Below are positions 51,101-64,000 of a stretch of 64,000 nt of DNA, one piece after another. The DNA comes from Mobula hypostoma (lineage: Eukaryota): the NCBI RefSeq assembly GCF_963921235.1, contig NC_086108.1, forward strand, positions 8,432,001-8,496,000, given 5' to 3'. Made by a program: the position numbers and the translations under genes. The notes beneath the pieces were generated by a model. The model did no database searches. It saw only the letters and a program-made list of their open reading frames with translations, and was not told where the DNA came from. How positions within the stretch are numbered: the stretch's first letter is position 1; every line of letters begins with the position of its first letter.

Positions 51101-52935
51101 GCACTGGCACGATGGTGGCGATCTTGAAGATTGTGGGGACAACTGCCTGGGCCAGGGACAGATTAATAATGTCCGTGAAGACCCCGGCCAACTGCCCTGC
51201 ACAGACTCTGGGCACATGGCCAGGTATTCCATCCGGACCAGCTGCCTTCCGTACATTCACCCTGCTCAGGGTGGCGCGAACATTGGAGGTGGAAAGTGAC
51301 AGAGGCAGTTCACCAGGTGGGAGATCCGCTCCGAGGGTGACCTCCTTGTTCTCTCGGTCAAAGTGAGCGTGGAAGTAATTGAGCTCATCAGGGAGGGAAG
51401 CAGAGCTGGAAGGGGGCACGATACTAGGTGGTTTAAGTCTGTAATGACCTGTATGCCATGCCACATGTTTTTATGTCATATGTTGGATGATGAATGATGG
51501 CTTTGTTGCAAAGTTTGCAGACAATATGAAGATAGGTGAAGGGACAGGTGGTTTTGAGGAAGTTGAGAGGCTACAGAAGGACTTAAGACAGATCAGGCAA
51601 GGAAATGACAGATGGAATACAGTGTATGGTCATGCACTTTGGTCGAAGAAATGAAAGGGTTGACTATTTTCTAAATGGAGAGAAAATATATTAAAAAAAT
51701 AAGATGCAAAGGGTCTTGAGATTCCAAAGGAGGTTCAGGAAACTGATTCTAGGATTGAAAGACTCCTCATATGAGGACCATTTGATGGCTCTGGGCCTGT
51801 ACTCACTGGAATTCAGAAGAATGAGGTGGTGGTGGGGGAACATCATTGAAACCTATAAAGGTCTCAATACAGTAGATGTGGAGACGATGTTTCCTATGGT
51901 GGGCCAGAAGACATAACCTCAGAATAAAGGGATGTCTTTTTAGAGTGGACATGAGGAGGAATTTGGTAAATGGATTTCAGTAAGGCCTTTGATAAGGTTC
52001 CCCATGCAAAGCTTATTCGAAAAGTAAGGGGGCATGGATTCCAATGAGACCTTGCTTTGTGGATCCAGAATTGGCTTGATCACAGAAGGGAAAATGTGGT
52101 TGTGTAAGTTTATATTCTGCGTGGAGGACGGTGACCAGTGGTACTTTGCGAGGACCTGTTCTGGGACCCCTCCTCTTTGTGATTTTTATAAATGACCTGG
52201 ATGAGGAAGTCGAAGGGTGGGTTAGTAAGTTTGCTGATGACACAAAAGTTGGGGGTGTTGTGGACAGTCTGGTTGTCAGAGGTTACAGTGGGACATCGAT
52301 AGGATGCAGAACTGGGCCGAAGAGTGACAGATGGAGTTTAACCCAGGAAAGTGTGAGGTGGTTCATTTTGATAGGTCAAATTTGAAGACAGAATAGAATA
52401 TTAGTGATAAGACTCTTGGCAGTGTGGAGGATCAGCGAGATCTTGGGGTCCGTGTCCATCGTGCACTCAAAGCTGCTGCACCAGGATGCCCGTGTTGTTA
52501 ATAAGGCGTATGGTGTGTTGGTCTTCATCAACCGTGGGATTGAATTCAAGAGCTGTGAGGTAATGTTACAGCCATATAAGACTATATAAGCTAAATAGAG
52601 ACTAGGCAGTTTCTAGAGTAGGTTACATGGTTGGCACAACATTGTGGGCCGCAGGGCCTGTAATGTGCTGTAGATTTCTATGATTCTATGAATTTCTTTA
52701 GCCAGAGGTGATAAAACTGTGGAATTCGTTGCCGCAGGAGGCTGTGGAGGCAAAGTCATTGGGTGTATTTAAGGCAGAAGTTGACAGATTCTTGATTGGT
52801 TTGAGGACGAAGGATACCAGGAGATGGCAGGAGACTGGGGCTGAGAGTGAAATGGATCAGCCATGACGAAATGGTGGAGCAGACTCGTTGGGCCAAATGG
52901 CCTAATTCTGCTCCTGTATCTAATGGTCTTATATG
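48200..52935 (+). mobile_element. Decayed CR1 LINE ORF2 interrupted by nested insertions
   Basis: Endonuclease/RT remnants (VTIVMGEFN, LNKYFASIFT, YLDFQKAFDK, AKFADN) continue on both sides of the Rex1 insert. Confidence 0.75.
49713..51466 (-). mobile_element. Rex1/Babar LINE, 5'-truncated, RT with one frameshift near 50730 and a (TCTAA)n tail
   Basis: KAAGPDGIPG...LFIDFSSAFNT and PQGCVLSPLLYSLFT...KFADDT motifs; ttagattagattag tail at 49713-49738. Confidence 0.9.
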
Positions 52936-54030
52936 GTCTAATGAAATTATAAAGACAAGAAATTCTGCAGAGGCTGGAAATCCAGAGCAACACACAAAAT
53001 GCTGGAGGAACTCAGCAGGTCAGGCAACATGGAAGGTAAGGGAAAGGAATGCCATCAGGACTGGGCAGTCCCGGCCCTTTTGGCCCATGAATTTGTGCCA
53101 AACTAACCTACTTTGAGATCAATCTAACTCTTACAAAGCCCTGCATTTTTCATCCGTCCATGTGCCTATGAATTAAGGACTGTGCTGGCACAAGGACCGG
53201 GAATCATCCAGGGTCCTGGACTGGAGATGGGCGGAGATCTCAGGAGCTGGCCAGGAAGGAAGGGCAGAATCCTGAGGGGAGGGGGCCCTCCAGGGCTTGG
53301 GAAGCAAGGGCCAGAGTCAAAGTTCAAAGTAAATTTATTATCAAAGTAGGTAGATGTCACCACATATTACCCTGAGATTCATTTTCTTGCAGGCATCTAT
53401 AGGAAAGTAAAAAAATGCTATTACAATCAAAACACTGGGGGCCAGGAGTGAGTGTGCGGCAGTCTGAGACCTACAGCATTACTTCAGCATGCTATTAAAA
53501 ATCTCTTAAATGTGCCTACAATAATTTCAGGTCCAAATCCACATTTGTTTTCAAAGTTACCACACACAACCCTGAGATTCAGTTTCTTGTAGGCATTTAT
53601 AGGAAAAATAAAGAAATACAATAGAATCTATGACAAACTACACATAAGCAAGGACTGACAAAACAACACGCACAAAACGCTGGAGGAACTCAGCAGGTCA
53701 GGCAGCATCAATGGAAATGAATAAACAGTCAATGTTTCAGGCCGAGAGACTGAGAAGGAAGCGGGAAGAGTCCAGAGTTAAAAGCTGGGGAGAGGGGAAG
53801 GAGGCTAGCTGGAAGGTGACAGGTGAACATGAGTTGTGAACGAGCCCCCAAAGGCTCTTGTGTCGCTAATGCGATGTGCCTGCGATGCTGCTGCAAGGAC
53901 ACTCGTGCATAATGACAACAAACGTGAGCCTGACGTCGCATTGGGACTTCAGGTCTCCATCAGCTTCCCAATGCTGTTCACCCCCCTTAGCTCAACTACA
54001 CAGAGTGACGGCGAGCGAAAGCAGACTTAC

Positions 54031-54084
54031 CTTTCACACTCAACACACTTCTGCTTACCACTGGCACCAAGTTGCTTAACGGTT
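54031..54084 (-). CDS. Short linker exon (EPLSNLVPVVSRSVLSVK)
   Basis: 54 nt, phase 1-1, open frame; pyrimidine-rich acceptor cctttctctctttcag and consensus donor AAG|GTAAGT; lies between Kunitz A and LDLa. Confidence 0.7.
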
Positions 54085-54818
54085 CTGAAAGAGAGAAAGG
54101 AGAGGTCAGTACCGGGGCACAGACACTAAACGTAGCCATGTGTGCAAACACAATGTTCTACATGGGAATTTCGTCAGGGTAGACCCAGCTTGGGTGGCAG
54201 ATGGAGATACATCTCTACCAAGGGAGGTGTAAGGTGCTCCTTCCCTCCACTACCCTACAGCAAGGTGTAGCACTTGCTTGGACTCCCCACCCTCAGCAGG
54301 TGGTGGATGGTCATACGAGCAGCCGGTGCATATCATCAGTCCTGGTTATGCGGCCACTGACTCCAGGCAGACAACCTCCGAAGAATATTGGTCGTGGCTA
54401 CAATCACCTGGTTTCTCAAAACCTGCTGATCTCCTGGGTTTTTTCATGCTCAACAGCTTCTAGAATTTACAGAGAATGGTGTGAGGAACAAAAGTTATCC
54501 AGTGAGCAACATGTTTTGTGGGTGAAATCACAAGAGGTCAGAGGAGAATGGTCAGACTGGTTCAAGCTGACAGGAAGGCAAGAGTAACTCAAATAATCTC
54601 ACAGGGAGAACGTGTGAACTCCACAAAGGCAGAACCAGAGGTCAGAACTGATCTCGAGCGGCGGTAGTTGCCAGTCAGCAGCACTACCTGCTGCATGCAA
54701 TGCTCCGGGCAAACAGGGGCATCCTGGTCGGCAATGGACCGACTGCACTGCCTCGTGACCAAGAGGCCCCGCCGGGGACATACTGGAAGCAAGCACGCGC
54801 CCTCCCGCCAGCACAAAC

Positions 54819-54989
54819 CTGTGACTTTGCTGCAGGCCTTCTGGCAATCCGCTTCACTCTCATAGTTGTTCGGGTTGGGCAGGCAGCCTCCGTAAATGAA
54901 CTCCTGGCACACCTGTTCCGTGGTGTTGAAATACCACCGAGGAAACCAGGCACGGCACGGGCCCGCCTTCGAGGGACTTGTGCAATCCA
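54819..54989 (-). CDS. Kunitz domain exon A (DCTSPSKAGPCRAWFPRWYFNTTEQVCQEFIYGGCLPNPNNYESEADCQKACSKVT), P1=Arg
   Basis: 171 nt, phase 1-1; acceptor ttatttttcag, donor G|GTTTGT; six Kunitz cysteines and FxYGGC motif. Confidence 0.92.
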
Positions 54990-56199
54990 CTGAAAAATAA
55001 AGATTAAAGTCATTCAGGAACATCACAGCAAGGTACAGTCGTGTCACAGGAGCGTTAAGTTATTATCTGTATTTGGAGAAGCAGTTGGAATGGGCCTTTC
55101 ATTCCCAACAAGTCACACTGACCAGCAGTACCCCTATTTATTTATTTATTGAGATACAGCACAGAATCGGCAATCCGCTATTTAATCCCAGCCTAATCAT
55201 GGAACAATTTACAATGACCAATTAACTTACCAACCGGTATGTCTTTGGACTGTGGGAGGAAACCAGAGCACCCGGAGGAAGCCCACATGGTCACAGGGAG
55301 AACGTACAAACTCCTTACAGGCAGCACCAGAATTGAACACCCAACTGTGACATCCTGAGCTGTAAAAGCATTGGGCTAACCACTATGCTACCAATTAATT
55401 ATTGCCAGGTACAGGAAAAAGCATGCCTTGCACACTGTTAATTATGATGTGTTTCTAGTTGCTCATCTTTCTGTTGCTAGTTTGGGCGACTTTGAGTCAG
55501 GGCAGCCTACAGATCATGAACACTGAGCTGAACTGAATACGGACTCCTTCAACTTTGTGTTTTTATATTCTCTGTTTCTGCTCGTTCTTTCATGTTGCCG
55601 TTTGCACGATTTGTTTTTTGCACTTGGGCGGGGGGGTTGATGTTTTTCTTTTAATGGGTTCTGTGGTGTTGTTTTGTTTCGTGGCTGTCTGCGGGGAAAA
55701 CGAATCTCAGGGTTGTATATTGGGACAAGTACTTTGATAATGAGTGCATTTTGAATCCTTTAGTACAACCAGATCAGTTCAACACACGGTACGCTGAGAT
55801 AGTACAAATTCAACATTCAAAATAAATTTATCAAAGTACATGTATGTAACCATTTACAACCCTGAAATTCATTTTCCTGTGGGCATACTCAATAAATAAT
55901 GACCTTAATAGAATCAATGAAAGACCACATCAACTACACAGGCATTAGCGGCAGACCAATCGATACAAAGGGAGAGAGACCTTCGCATAGGTCGGGGAGA
56001 AGAGTTTTAAAAAGGAGCATTTTGCAGGGATCAGCACATTAGCAGCAGAACAATCATTTTGCGATTCATTAGCAGGAGCAAATAAAAGTAAAGCAGGGTC
56101 AAAGTGGAGCGGCCATTGTGTGAGTGGGCCAATGTAGGAGTGGGAACCTGAGGCTTTGGCTCAAGAGGCTTCGGTGGAGAGGCACAGGTAAGTGGCAGG

Positions 56200-59100
56200 T
56201 AAGGCTGTTGTGGTGGTTGAATAAAAAGTCACTAAATTACAGCTAATTAAAGTAGGGGTGATGCAGGATCAGGTGATGTGCTGTAGTTGCATGATGTGGG
56301 AGCTGGTGGACCCCATTGTGGTTCCTGGTGACCACATCTGCAGCAAGTGTTGTCTGCTCGAAGAACTCAGGCCCAAAGTTGATGACGTGGAATCTGAGCT
56401 TCAAACACTGCGGCACATCAGGGAGGGGGAGAGTTACCCAGATTCTCTGTTTCAGGAGGGAGTCACACCCATTAGATTAGCTGCCTCAAATTCGGTCTGT
56501 GGTCAGGGACAAGGGGGTGTGACTGCGAGTGAGGTGGGTAGTGGGATCTAAGAGACAGTGCTGGAGGAGCCTCAGCCTTTGGGCTTGTCCAGCAGGTCTG
56601 AGATTCTTGCTCCCTGTGTGGATGAGAGTGGGGGCTGTAGGAAGGATGAGCAACATAATTGTGGCACTGTAGTTCAGGGAGCCATTCAAGGGGCGGGGGG
56701 GAAAAGAAGAGAAATGAAGAGGTAATTGGGGGTAGAATAGTCAGGGGAATAGACAGAGTTCTCTATCACGAGGATAGGGTGCCCCTGAAGGCTGTGTTGC
56801 CTGCCTGGTCCCCTTGTTCGGGACATCTTATCCGACCCGCAGAGGAATTTGCATTGGGAGGGGAAAGATCCAGTTGTCGTGGTCCATGTGGGTACCAATG
56901 ACATAGGTAGAATGAGGAAAGAGGTTCTGCTGAGGAAATTTGAGCAGTTAGGGACTAAATTAAAAAGCAGAACCAAAACAGTGGAAATCTCTGGATTACT
57001 AACTGAGCCACGTGCAAATTGGCATAGGGTCAAGAAGATTAGAGAGTTAAATGCGAGGCTCAAGGATCGGTGTGGGAGAAGTGGGTTTGAATTCATGGGA
57101 AATTGGTACCAGTATTGGGGAAGGAGGGAGCTGAACCAATGGGATAGGCTTCACATGAACCACCTTACCCGGATCGCAGAGAATCGCACAACTAGGCCTG
57201 TGGATAGGGCATTAAACTAAATAGTAGGGGGGTGGATTCAACAGATTGGAGAAGTATGGATTAAGTAAAAGAGAAAAGTGTGGATAAAGATAAAGAAAAA
57301 GCCAAAGATAGAAAAGAGAAAAGTAAGGGTGGAGTGAAGGAAAGTCTAGTGCAAAAGAGTAAAAGATTACAAGATTTTAAAAGCACAATGAATGTAAGGG
57401 CTCTTTATTTGAATGCCCATAGTATTCGAAACAAGGTCAGTGAACTTGTAGCACAAATCAGTACAAAGGGGTACGATTTAGTGACATTACAGAGACATGG
57501 TTGCAGGGTGGAGAGGATTGGGAATTAAATATCCAAGGAAGGATAGGCAGGAAGGTAAGGGAGGTAGAAAAGCGCTCTTAAGTAAAGATGAAATCAGGGT
57601 GATATTGAGAGACGATATAAGATCTAAGGAGCAGAATGTTGAATCCATCTGGGTAGAGATTAGTAATAGTAAAGGGAAAACAAAAATCACTGGTGGGAGT
57701 TGTCTATCAGCCACTGAATAACAACATTACAGTGGCACAGACAATAAACAGAAATATCTGAGGCATGGAAGAATGGAACAGCAGTTATCATGGGGAACTT
57801 TAACTCGCACATAGATCGGGTGAATCCAGTTAGACGAGGCAATCTTGAGGAGGACTTCATAGAATGCATCCGTGACAGCTTTCTTGAACAGCATGTTACT
57901 GAACCCACAAGGGAACATGCTATCTTAGATCTGGTCCACTGCAATGCATTCGTGATCTTGTAGTTATTGATCCTCTTGGAAAGAGTGATCACAGTATGAC
58001 TGAGTTTCTCATACAACTGGAGGGTGCAATAGTTCAACCTAAAACCAGTGTATTATGCCTAAACAATGGAGACTACAATGGGATGAGGGAGGATTTGGAC
58101 AGTGTAGACTGGGAACACAGGCTATATGCTGGGACAGTTGAGGAACAGTAGAAGACTTTCAAAGAAAATTTTCATGGTGTTCAACAGAAGTATATACCAG
58201 TTAAAAGCAAGGACAGTGATGGTGGGGAGAGCCAGCCTTGGATAACTAAGGAAATAAAAGAAGGCATCAAACTAAAGGCTCGTGCATGCAAAGTCGTCAA
58301 GAGTAGTGGGAAACTAGAAGATTGGGAAAATTTTTAAAAGCAACAAAGAACCACTAAGCAAGCAATAAAGAAAGGGAAGGTAGATTATGAAAATATACTA
58401 GCACAAAATATAAGAATGGATAGTAAAAGTTTTTATAATTGTATGAAGTGGAAAAGGGTGGCTAAAGAGAATGTAGGTCCCTTGGAGGATAAGAAGGGGG
58501 AATTGATATTTTGGTAATGAGGAAATAGCTGAGGCTTTGAATGACTATTTTGTGTCAGCCTTTACTCTGCAGGGCATGTCTAACATGCCAAAGAGAGATG
58601 TTATGGATGTGATGGGAGGTGAGGATCTCGATACAATAGCTTTCACTAAAGGGGTAGTGCTGAGCAAACTTGTGGGCCTGAAGACAGGCAAGTCCCCTGG
58701 TCCTGTTGGAATGCACCCCAGGGTACTGAAAGAAATGGCAGAAGTTATAGTAGAGGCTTTGGTGATGACTTACCAAAGTTCTCTGGACTCTGCTCAGGTC
58801 CTGGTGGATTGGAAGACGGCGAATGTCACGCCACTGTTCAAAACATGATGTAGGCAAAAGGCAAGTAACTACAGGCCAGTTAGTTTAACATCTGTAGTTG
58901 GGAAAATGCTTGAAGCTATCATTAAAGAAGAAATAGCGAGGCATCTGGAAAGGAACGGCTCCATCAGGCAGATGCAGTATGGATTCAGCAAGGGCAGGTC
59001 CTGTTTGACAAACTTACTGCAGCCCTTTGAGAATATAATGAGTCCAATGGATAGAGGGGAACAGATGTACATTATTTACTTGGATAAGGTGCCACATAGA

Positions 59101-60221
59101 AGATTTATCCTTTAGGTAAGGAGACATAGAGTTGGGGGTGATGTACTAGCATGGATAGAGGATTAGTTAACTAATAGAAAGCAGAGAGTTGGAATACGTG
59201 GGTGTTACTCTGGTTGGCGATCCGTGGTGAGTAATGTGCACAGGGGTTGGTGTTGGGCCCGCAACTATTCACGATATATATTAATGATCTGGAAGAGGGG
59301 ACCGAGTGTAGTGTATATATGTTTGCTGATGATACTAATTTGAGTCAAAAAGCAAATTGTGCAGAAGTTACGGAGAGTCTGCAGAGAGATATAGATAGGT
59401 TAAGTAATGGGCAAGGGTCTGGGAGATGAGTAGAATGTTGGTAAATGTGAGATCATCCACTTTGCAAGGAAAAATGAAAGACCAAATCATTATTTGAATG
59501 GTAAAAACTGCAGCATGCTGCTGTGTAGAAGAACTTAGGAGTATTTGTGCATGAATCTCAAAAGATTGGTTTGCAGGTGCAGCAGGCTATCAAGAAGGCA
59601 AATGGAATGTTGGCCTTCATTGCTAGAGGGATTGAAGTTAAGAGCAGGGAGGTTATGCTGCAACTGTATGGGGTACTGGTGAGGTCGCACCTGGAGTACT
59701 GCAAGAATTTCTGGTCTCCTTACTTGAGGAAGGATATACTGGCTTTGGAGGCAGTGCAGAGGAGGTTCACTGGGTTGATTCCAGAGATGAGGGGAGATTG
59801 AGTCGCCCGGCACTGTATTCATTGGAATTCAGAAGATTGAGAGGAGATCTTATAGAAACATATAAAAGGGATAGATAAGATAGAGGCTGGAAAGTTGTTT
59901 CCACTGGTAGGTGAGACTAGAACTAGGGGACATAGCCTCAAGCTTCGGGGGAGTAGATTTAGGGTGGAGATGAGGAAGAACTGCTTTTCCCAGAGAATAA
60001 TGAATCTGTGGAGTTCTCTGCCCAATGAAGCAGTGGAGGCTTCCTCAGTAAATATATTTAAGACAAGGTTGGACAGATTTTTGCATAGTAGGGGAATTAC
60101 AGGTTACGGGGAAAAGGCAGGTAGGTGGAGATGAGCCCATGGCCAGATCAGCCATGATCTTATTGAATGGCAGAACAGGTTCAACGGGCCCCGACTCCTG
60201 CTCCTATTTCTTATGTTCTTA
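56200..60221 (+). mobile_element. Near full-length decayed CR1 LINE (ORF1 zinc finger and esterase; ORF2 endonuclease and RT)
   Basis: CCSCMMWE...HICSKC, VVVHVGTND, LYLNAHSIRNK, KSPGPVGMHPRVLKE, FSKGRSCLTNLL, FADDT; many stops and frameshifts; tail ttcttatgttcttat. Confidence 0.9.
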
Positions 60222-60498
60222 TAGGGTTATAAAGAAAGCTTTTAGCACATTGTCCTTTATAAATCAATGCATTGAGTACAGGAGATGAGATGTCATGTTG
60301 AAATTATATAAGATGTTGATAAGGCCTAATTTGGAGTACAGGAAAGATGTAAATAAGGTTGAAAGAATACAGAGAAAATTTACAAGGATGTTGCCAGGTC
60401 TGGAGGACCCGAGTTACAAGGAAAGATTGAATGGGTTAGGACTGTATTCCTTTGATTGAGATGAAATTTGATACACAATTATGATGGATATAGATAGG

Positions 60499-60803
60499 CC
60501 TGTGGCCAAGTGGTTAAGGCATTTGACTAGTGATCTGAAGTTCACTAGTTCAAGCCTTGGCTGAGGCAGCGTGTTGTGTCCTTGAGCAAAGCACTTAATC
60601 ACACATTGCTCTGCGACGACACTGGTGCCAAGCTGTATGGGTCCTAATGCCCTTCCCTTGGACAACATCAGTGGCATGGAGAGGGGAGACCTGCAGTATG
60701 GGCATCTGCCGGTCTTCCATATAACCTTGCCCAGGCCTGCGCCCTGGAAACCTTCCAAAGCGCAAATTCATGGTCTCACAAGACTAACGGATGCCTATAA
60801 AAA
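60499..60803 (+). mobile_element. tRNA-derived SINE inserted into a CR1 fragment
   Basis: A-box-like tggccaagtggttaagg, degenerate B-box-like agttcaagcc, A-rich tail, target duplication agatagg at 60492-60498 and 60804-60810. Confidence 0.75.
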
Positions 60804-62159
60804 AGATAGGGTAAATGCAAGCAGGCTTTTTCCACTGAGGTTGGGTGGGACTACAACCTGAGGTCATAGGTTAAGGGTGAAAGGTGAAAAGTTTAAGGAG
60901 ATCATGAGGGGAAACTTCTTCACTCAAAGGGTCCTGAGAGTGTGTAACAAGCTGCCAGCACAAGTGATGCATGCAAGCTCTATTTCAACATTTTAGTAAA
61001 GTTTGGATAGGTACATGGATAGCATGGGTACAGAGAGCTGTGGTCTCGGTACAGGTCAATGGGAGTCGGCAGTTTAAATGGTTCGGTATGGACTAGATAG
61101 GCCGAAGGGCATCAACAACTTTGCATTCAACATTAGTAAGACCAAAGAACTGATTGTGCACCACAGAAAGGATAAGACGAAGGAACAGCAGTCCTCAGAG
61201 GGATCAGGAGTAGAAAGAGTGAGTAATTTCAAGTTCCTGCGTGTCAATATGTCTGAGGATCTATTCTGGGCCAAACATATCAAAGCAGCTACAAAGGAGC
61301 CACGCCAGTGACTATATTTCATTAGGATTTTGAGGAGATTTTGTTTGTCACCAAAGGCTCGAGCAAGTTTCTGTGGAGAGAACATTTCTGGTCGAGTGCG
61401 TCACCGTCTGGCACAGGATCGGAAAAAGCTGCAGGCAGTTGTAAACTCAACCAGCTCCATCATGGGCACCAGCCTCCCCAGCATCGAGAACATCTTCAAA
61501 AGGCCAATGCCCCAAGAAGGTGGCATTAAGGACAACCACTACCAAAGACATGCCCTCTTCTCATTGTTGCCATCGAGGAGGAGAGACAGGAACCTGAAGG
61601 CACATGGAACGCTACCGCTCAAGTACAGAGGCCCATGATGCTGTGTCGATTCTTTAAAGCCTACTCTAACATTAATCTAACTTTCTACATGGCCCTCCAC
61701 TTTTCTATCATCCACTCAATGTTTTAGGAAGAGCTTCCCCTCCAGCATCTGATTTCCAAACAGTCCATCAGACCGTAAACACTACCACAAAATTTTGCTC
61801 TCTTTTTGCACTTTTTTTAAAAAACATTATTGTAACTTATATTAATTTTTAGGCCTTGCACTGTACTGCTGCCATGAACACAGCTAATTTCATGACACAT
61901 GTCAGTGATATTGAACCCAAATCTAAAATCTGTCATTTCCACAGAGGTGAGAGTGTGGTAAATATGAGAGATTCTGCAGAGGCTGGAAACCCAGAGCAAC
62001 ACACTCAAAATGCTGGAGGAACTCAGCAGGTCAGGCAGCATCTGTGGAAAGGAATACAGGGTCGACCTTTCGGGCCAAAACTCAGCACCCTTGTGTTAAG
62101 ACAGAAATCAGCTGGCTGGAAAGTGGACTGACCAACTCTCCCTCATCTCTACCTGTGAA

Positions 62160-62560
62160 GTTCAAGAGGGGCACAAATTCGACTGGGCTTCAGACAAAGT
62201 CATGGCACAAACAAACACATAGCCTGCAAGACAATTTCTAGAAGTGTGGTTTTCCACAAACAATTCGGTAAACAGACAGATAGAGCTCGATCCTATTTAT
62301 GAGACAATGTGGGCAAAATTCCAGACAACCCACAAAGTTCGCCACACAACCAACCAGTGACGAGAATGCCTCCCCATGTCTGAACTGAGTTTCCGTAATA
62401 ACAACCAATCAGCTGATTGATGAGTATATAAAGACCAAGCATTCCGAGGACACACCTCAATTCACAGCGCACTGATATCTTCTGGTATGGTGACAAAACA
62501 TTTGCAAGTAAGCTGCCAAGATCAGGGAACAACTCAACCCAATTATCAACTACCCAAGCT
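62160..62560 (+). mobile_element. Penelope-type 3' fragment (same family as 27495-28788)
   Basis: GHKFDW...FLEVWFS GIY-YIG tail remnant followed by the same terminal repeat sequence. Confidence 0.55.
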
Positions 62561-62666
62561 ACACATTTTAGAATCAGAATCAGGTTTAATATCACTGAAA
62601 TTTGTTAACTTTATGGCTGCAGTACAATACATGATAAACAAACAGAGGAAAAAACTGAGATACATT

Positions 62667-62668
<2 letters not shown>

Positions 62669-62712
<44 letters not shown>
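62669..62712. repeat. (GT)n microsatellite
   Basis: About 22 GT units. Confidence 0.95.
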
Positions 62713-62714
<2 letters not shown>

Positions 62715-64000
62715 ACACGGAAATGTAAAATAAAAGGTATTGTTCATGGGTTCAATGTCCATTCAGAAATCAGATGGCAGAGGGGAAGAAGCTGTTCCTA
62801 AATTGCTGAGTGTCTGTCTCCAGGCTCCTGTACCTCCTTTTCCGAGTTAGAAACCAGCTGATGTTCCCCCATTTCTCATTCTGGCTTCTTCCCCCTTCCA
62901 TTCCAGTACGGGTCTCACACCGAAACATCGCACATTTATTCCCTCTGTTGATGCTGCCTGACCTGCTGAGTTCCCCCAGCGTTTTCAGGAGGGAAAGAGA
63001 AGAAGCTTTTACCTTGCCCGACCCACCCAAAGACTTCAAATCAGTCATAAACAGCTCAGTCACAGTCAGTGAAAGAAGCACAAGAGACGATGGGAATGTG
63101 CTTTAAGAGATTAGTCACCAAGACGATACTCCACTAACCGGTTTAACAACCTAACTTGTAATCATTAACTCTCAGAAACAGTTAAAACTTGTGCGTACAT
63201 CTGGAGCACCTCCAGCTCATGACTGCATACACCATATGTTATGCTTTGTAACTTCAAAACATTAAGCTAATTCAAATGAGGATACAGGAGCCCGAAATGC
63301 AGAACTCACACTCATTGATTCAGGAAAACCTTCTTCCCCTTTACCATCAGTTTTCTGAGCGGACATTGAATCCACGAACACTACCTCACCACTTTTTTAT
63401 TTCTATTTTTGCACTACTTAATTTATCTTATTAAAATATGTTTATATAAAGATATTTTTTAAATATATTTAGCTTTATAATATACATATAATTCTTCCTG
63501 TAAGTTACAGTTTTTATTATGTGTTTCATTGTACTGCTGCCATGTAACAACAAATTTCACAACATATACTGGAGATACTAAACCTGATTCCGGGTCGAAC
63601 CTCGTGTTTACATTAAGCGAGGTGCACACGTATCATGTGGTCCTGTGATGGCGTATGCAATTCATGTATTTATATGTATAACCCATAAATATTTTAAAAA
63701 ACCAAGAATGCTTAAACAATAGACACGCGCACACATATATACTCAAATATAACTCAAATATTAAATACACATCAGCATAGACTGCGCAACTAAGGCCATC
63801 ACTGTCAAACCCAGTTGTAGGACAGAAGAAATTTCACTGCTGTATGCAGTAGAAGGACCAAGGTATGGGAGGTACATTCTAGAAACCACTCTGTTATGAC
63901 ACCAGAAACATTTTCCAAACACTCACTCAACAGGTTAAATCATTGACTAAACTTATTCATCGCAGTACATCTACAACCCCTGTAGAGCCAGCCAGGTTCC

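Larger units (their letters stand above)
25717..54989 (-). other. SPINT1/SPINT2-like: 3' portion of a multi-exon membrane-anchored Kunitz-type serine protease inhibitor gene (HAI family); 5' exons not identified and probably lie beyond the window
   Basis: Ordered minus-strand phase-1 exons with AG/GT boundaries encode Kunitz, LDLa (with the GCC motif seen in HAI-1), three more Kunitz domains, a TM helix and a tail ending EDKETLINTA*. Confidence 0.88.

Noticed and set aside
54051..54058. Internal alternative donor GTG|GTAAGC in the 54-nt linker exon
   Set aside because: It would be phase 0 and shift the frame of the phase-1 LDLa exon, so a productive isoform is unlikely.
35934..54989. Alternative identity as TFPI/TFPI2, papilin, APP or a secreted venom Kunitz toxin
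   Set aside because: The LDLa exon plus the TM and cytoplasmic exon fit the HAI family; nothing in the sequence indicates venom expression.
60499..60575. tRNA gene
   Set aside because: The tRNA-like head continues into a SINE body with an A tail and target duplication, so it is a SINE.
63013..63110. Possible upstream exon of the inhibitor gene with donor AAG|GTAAAA
   Set aside because: No MANEC, PKD or signal-peptide-like translation and no convincing acceptor; cannot be supported from sequence alone.

Overview
Eukaryotic, repeat-dense vertebrate genomic DNA. The mix of CR1, Rex1/Babar, Penelope, RTE, L1-type, hAT, Chapaev-like and Tc1 repeats suggests a cartilaginous fish such as a ray; this is an inference. 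The only host gene I can support is the 3' part of a minus-strand membrane-anchored Kunitz protease inhibitor of the HAI family (SPINT1/SPINT2), at 25717-54989. I reconstructed it by hand from splice sites as symmetric phase-1 exons: Kunitz A, linker, LDLa, linker, Kunitz B, Kunitz C, a dead duplicated linker, an aberrant Kunitz D, a juxtamembrane linker and a TM/cytoplasmic exon. Kunitz B, C and D arose by recent intragenic duplication. Their flanking introns are nearly identical while the exons differ strongly, mostly at non-synonymous sites. Bases 1-25,000 are a patchwork of nested inverted and direct duplications of the same repeat-derived blocks, including a palindrome-like structure of about 17 kb. 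Several Penelope-associated minimal hammerhead ribozyme motifs are present. No prokaryotic features or CRISPR arrays were found. All coordinates and counts were read by eye.
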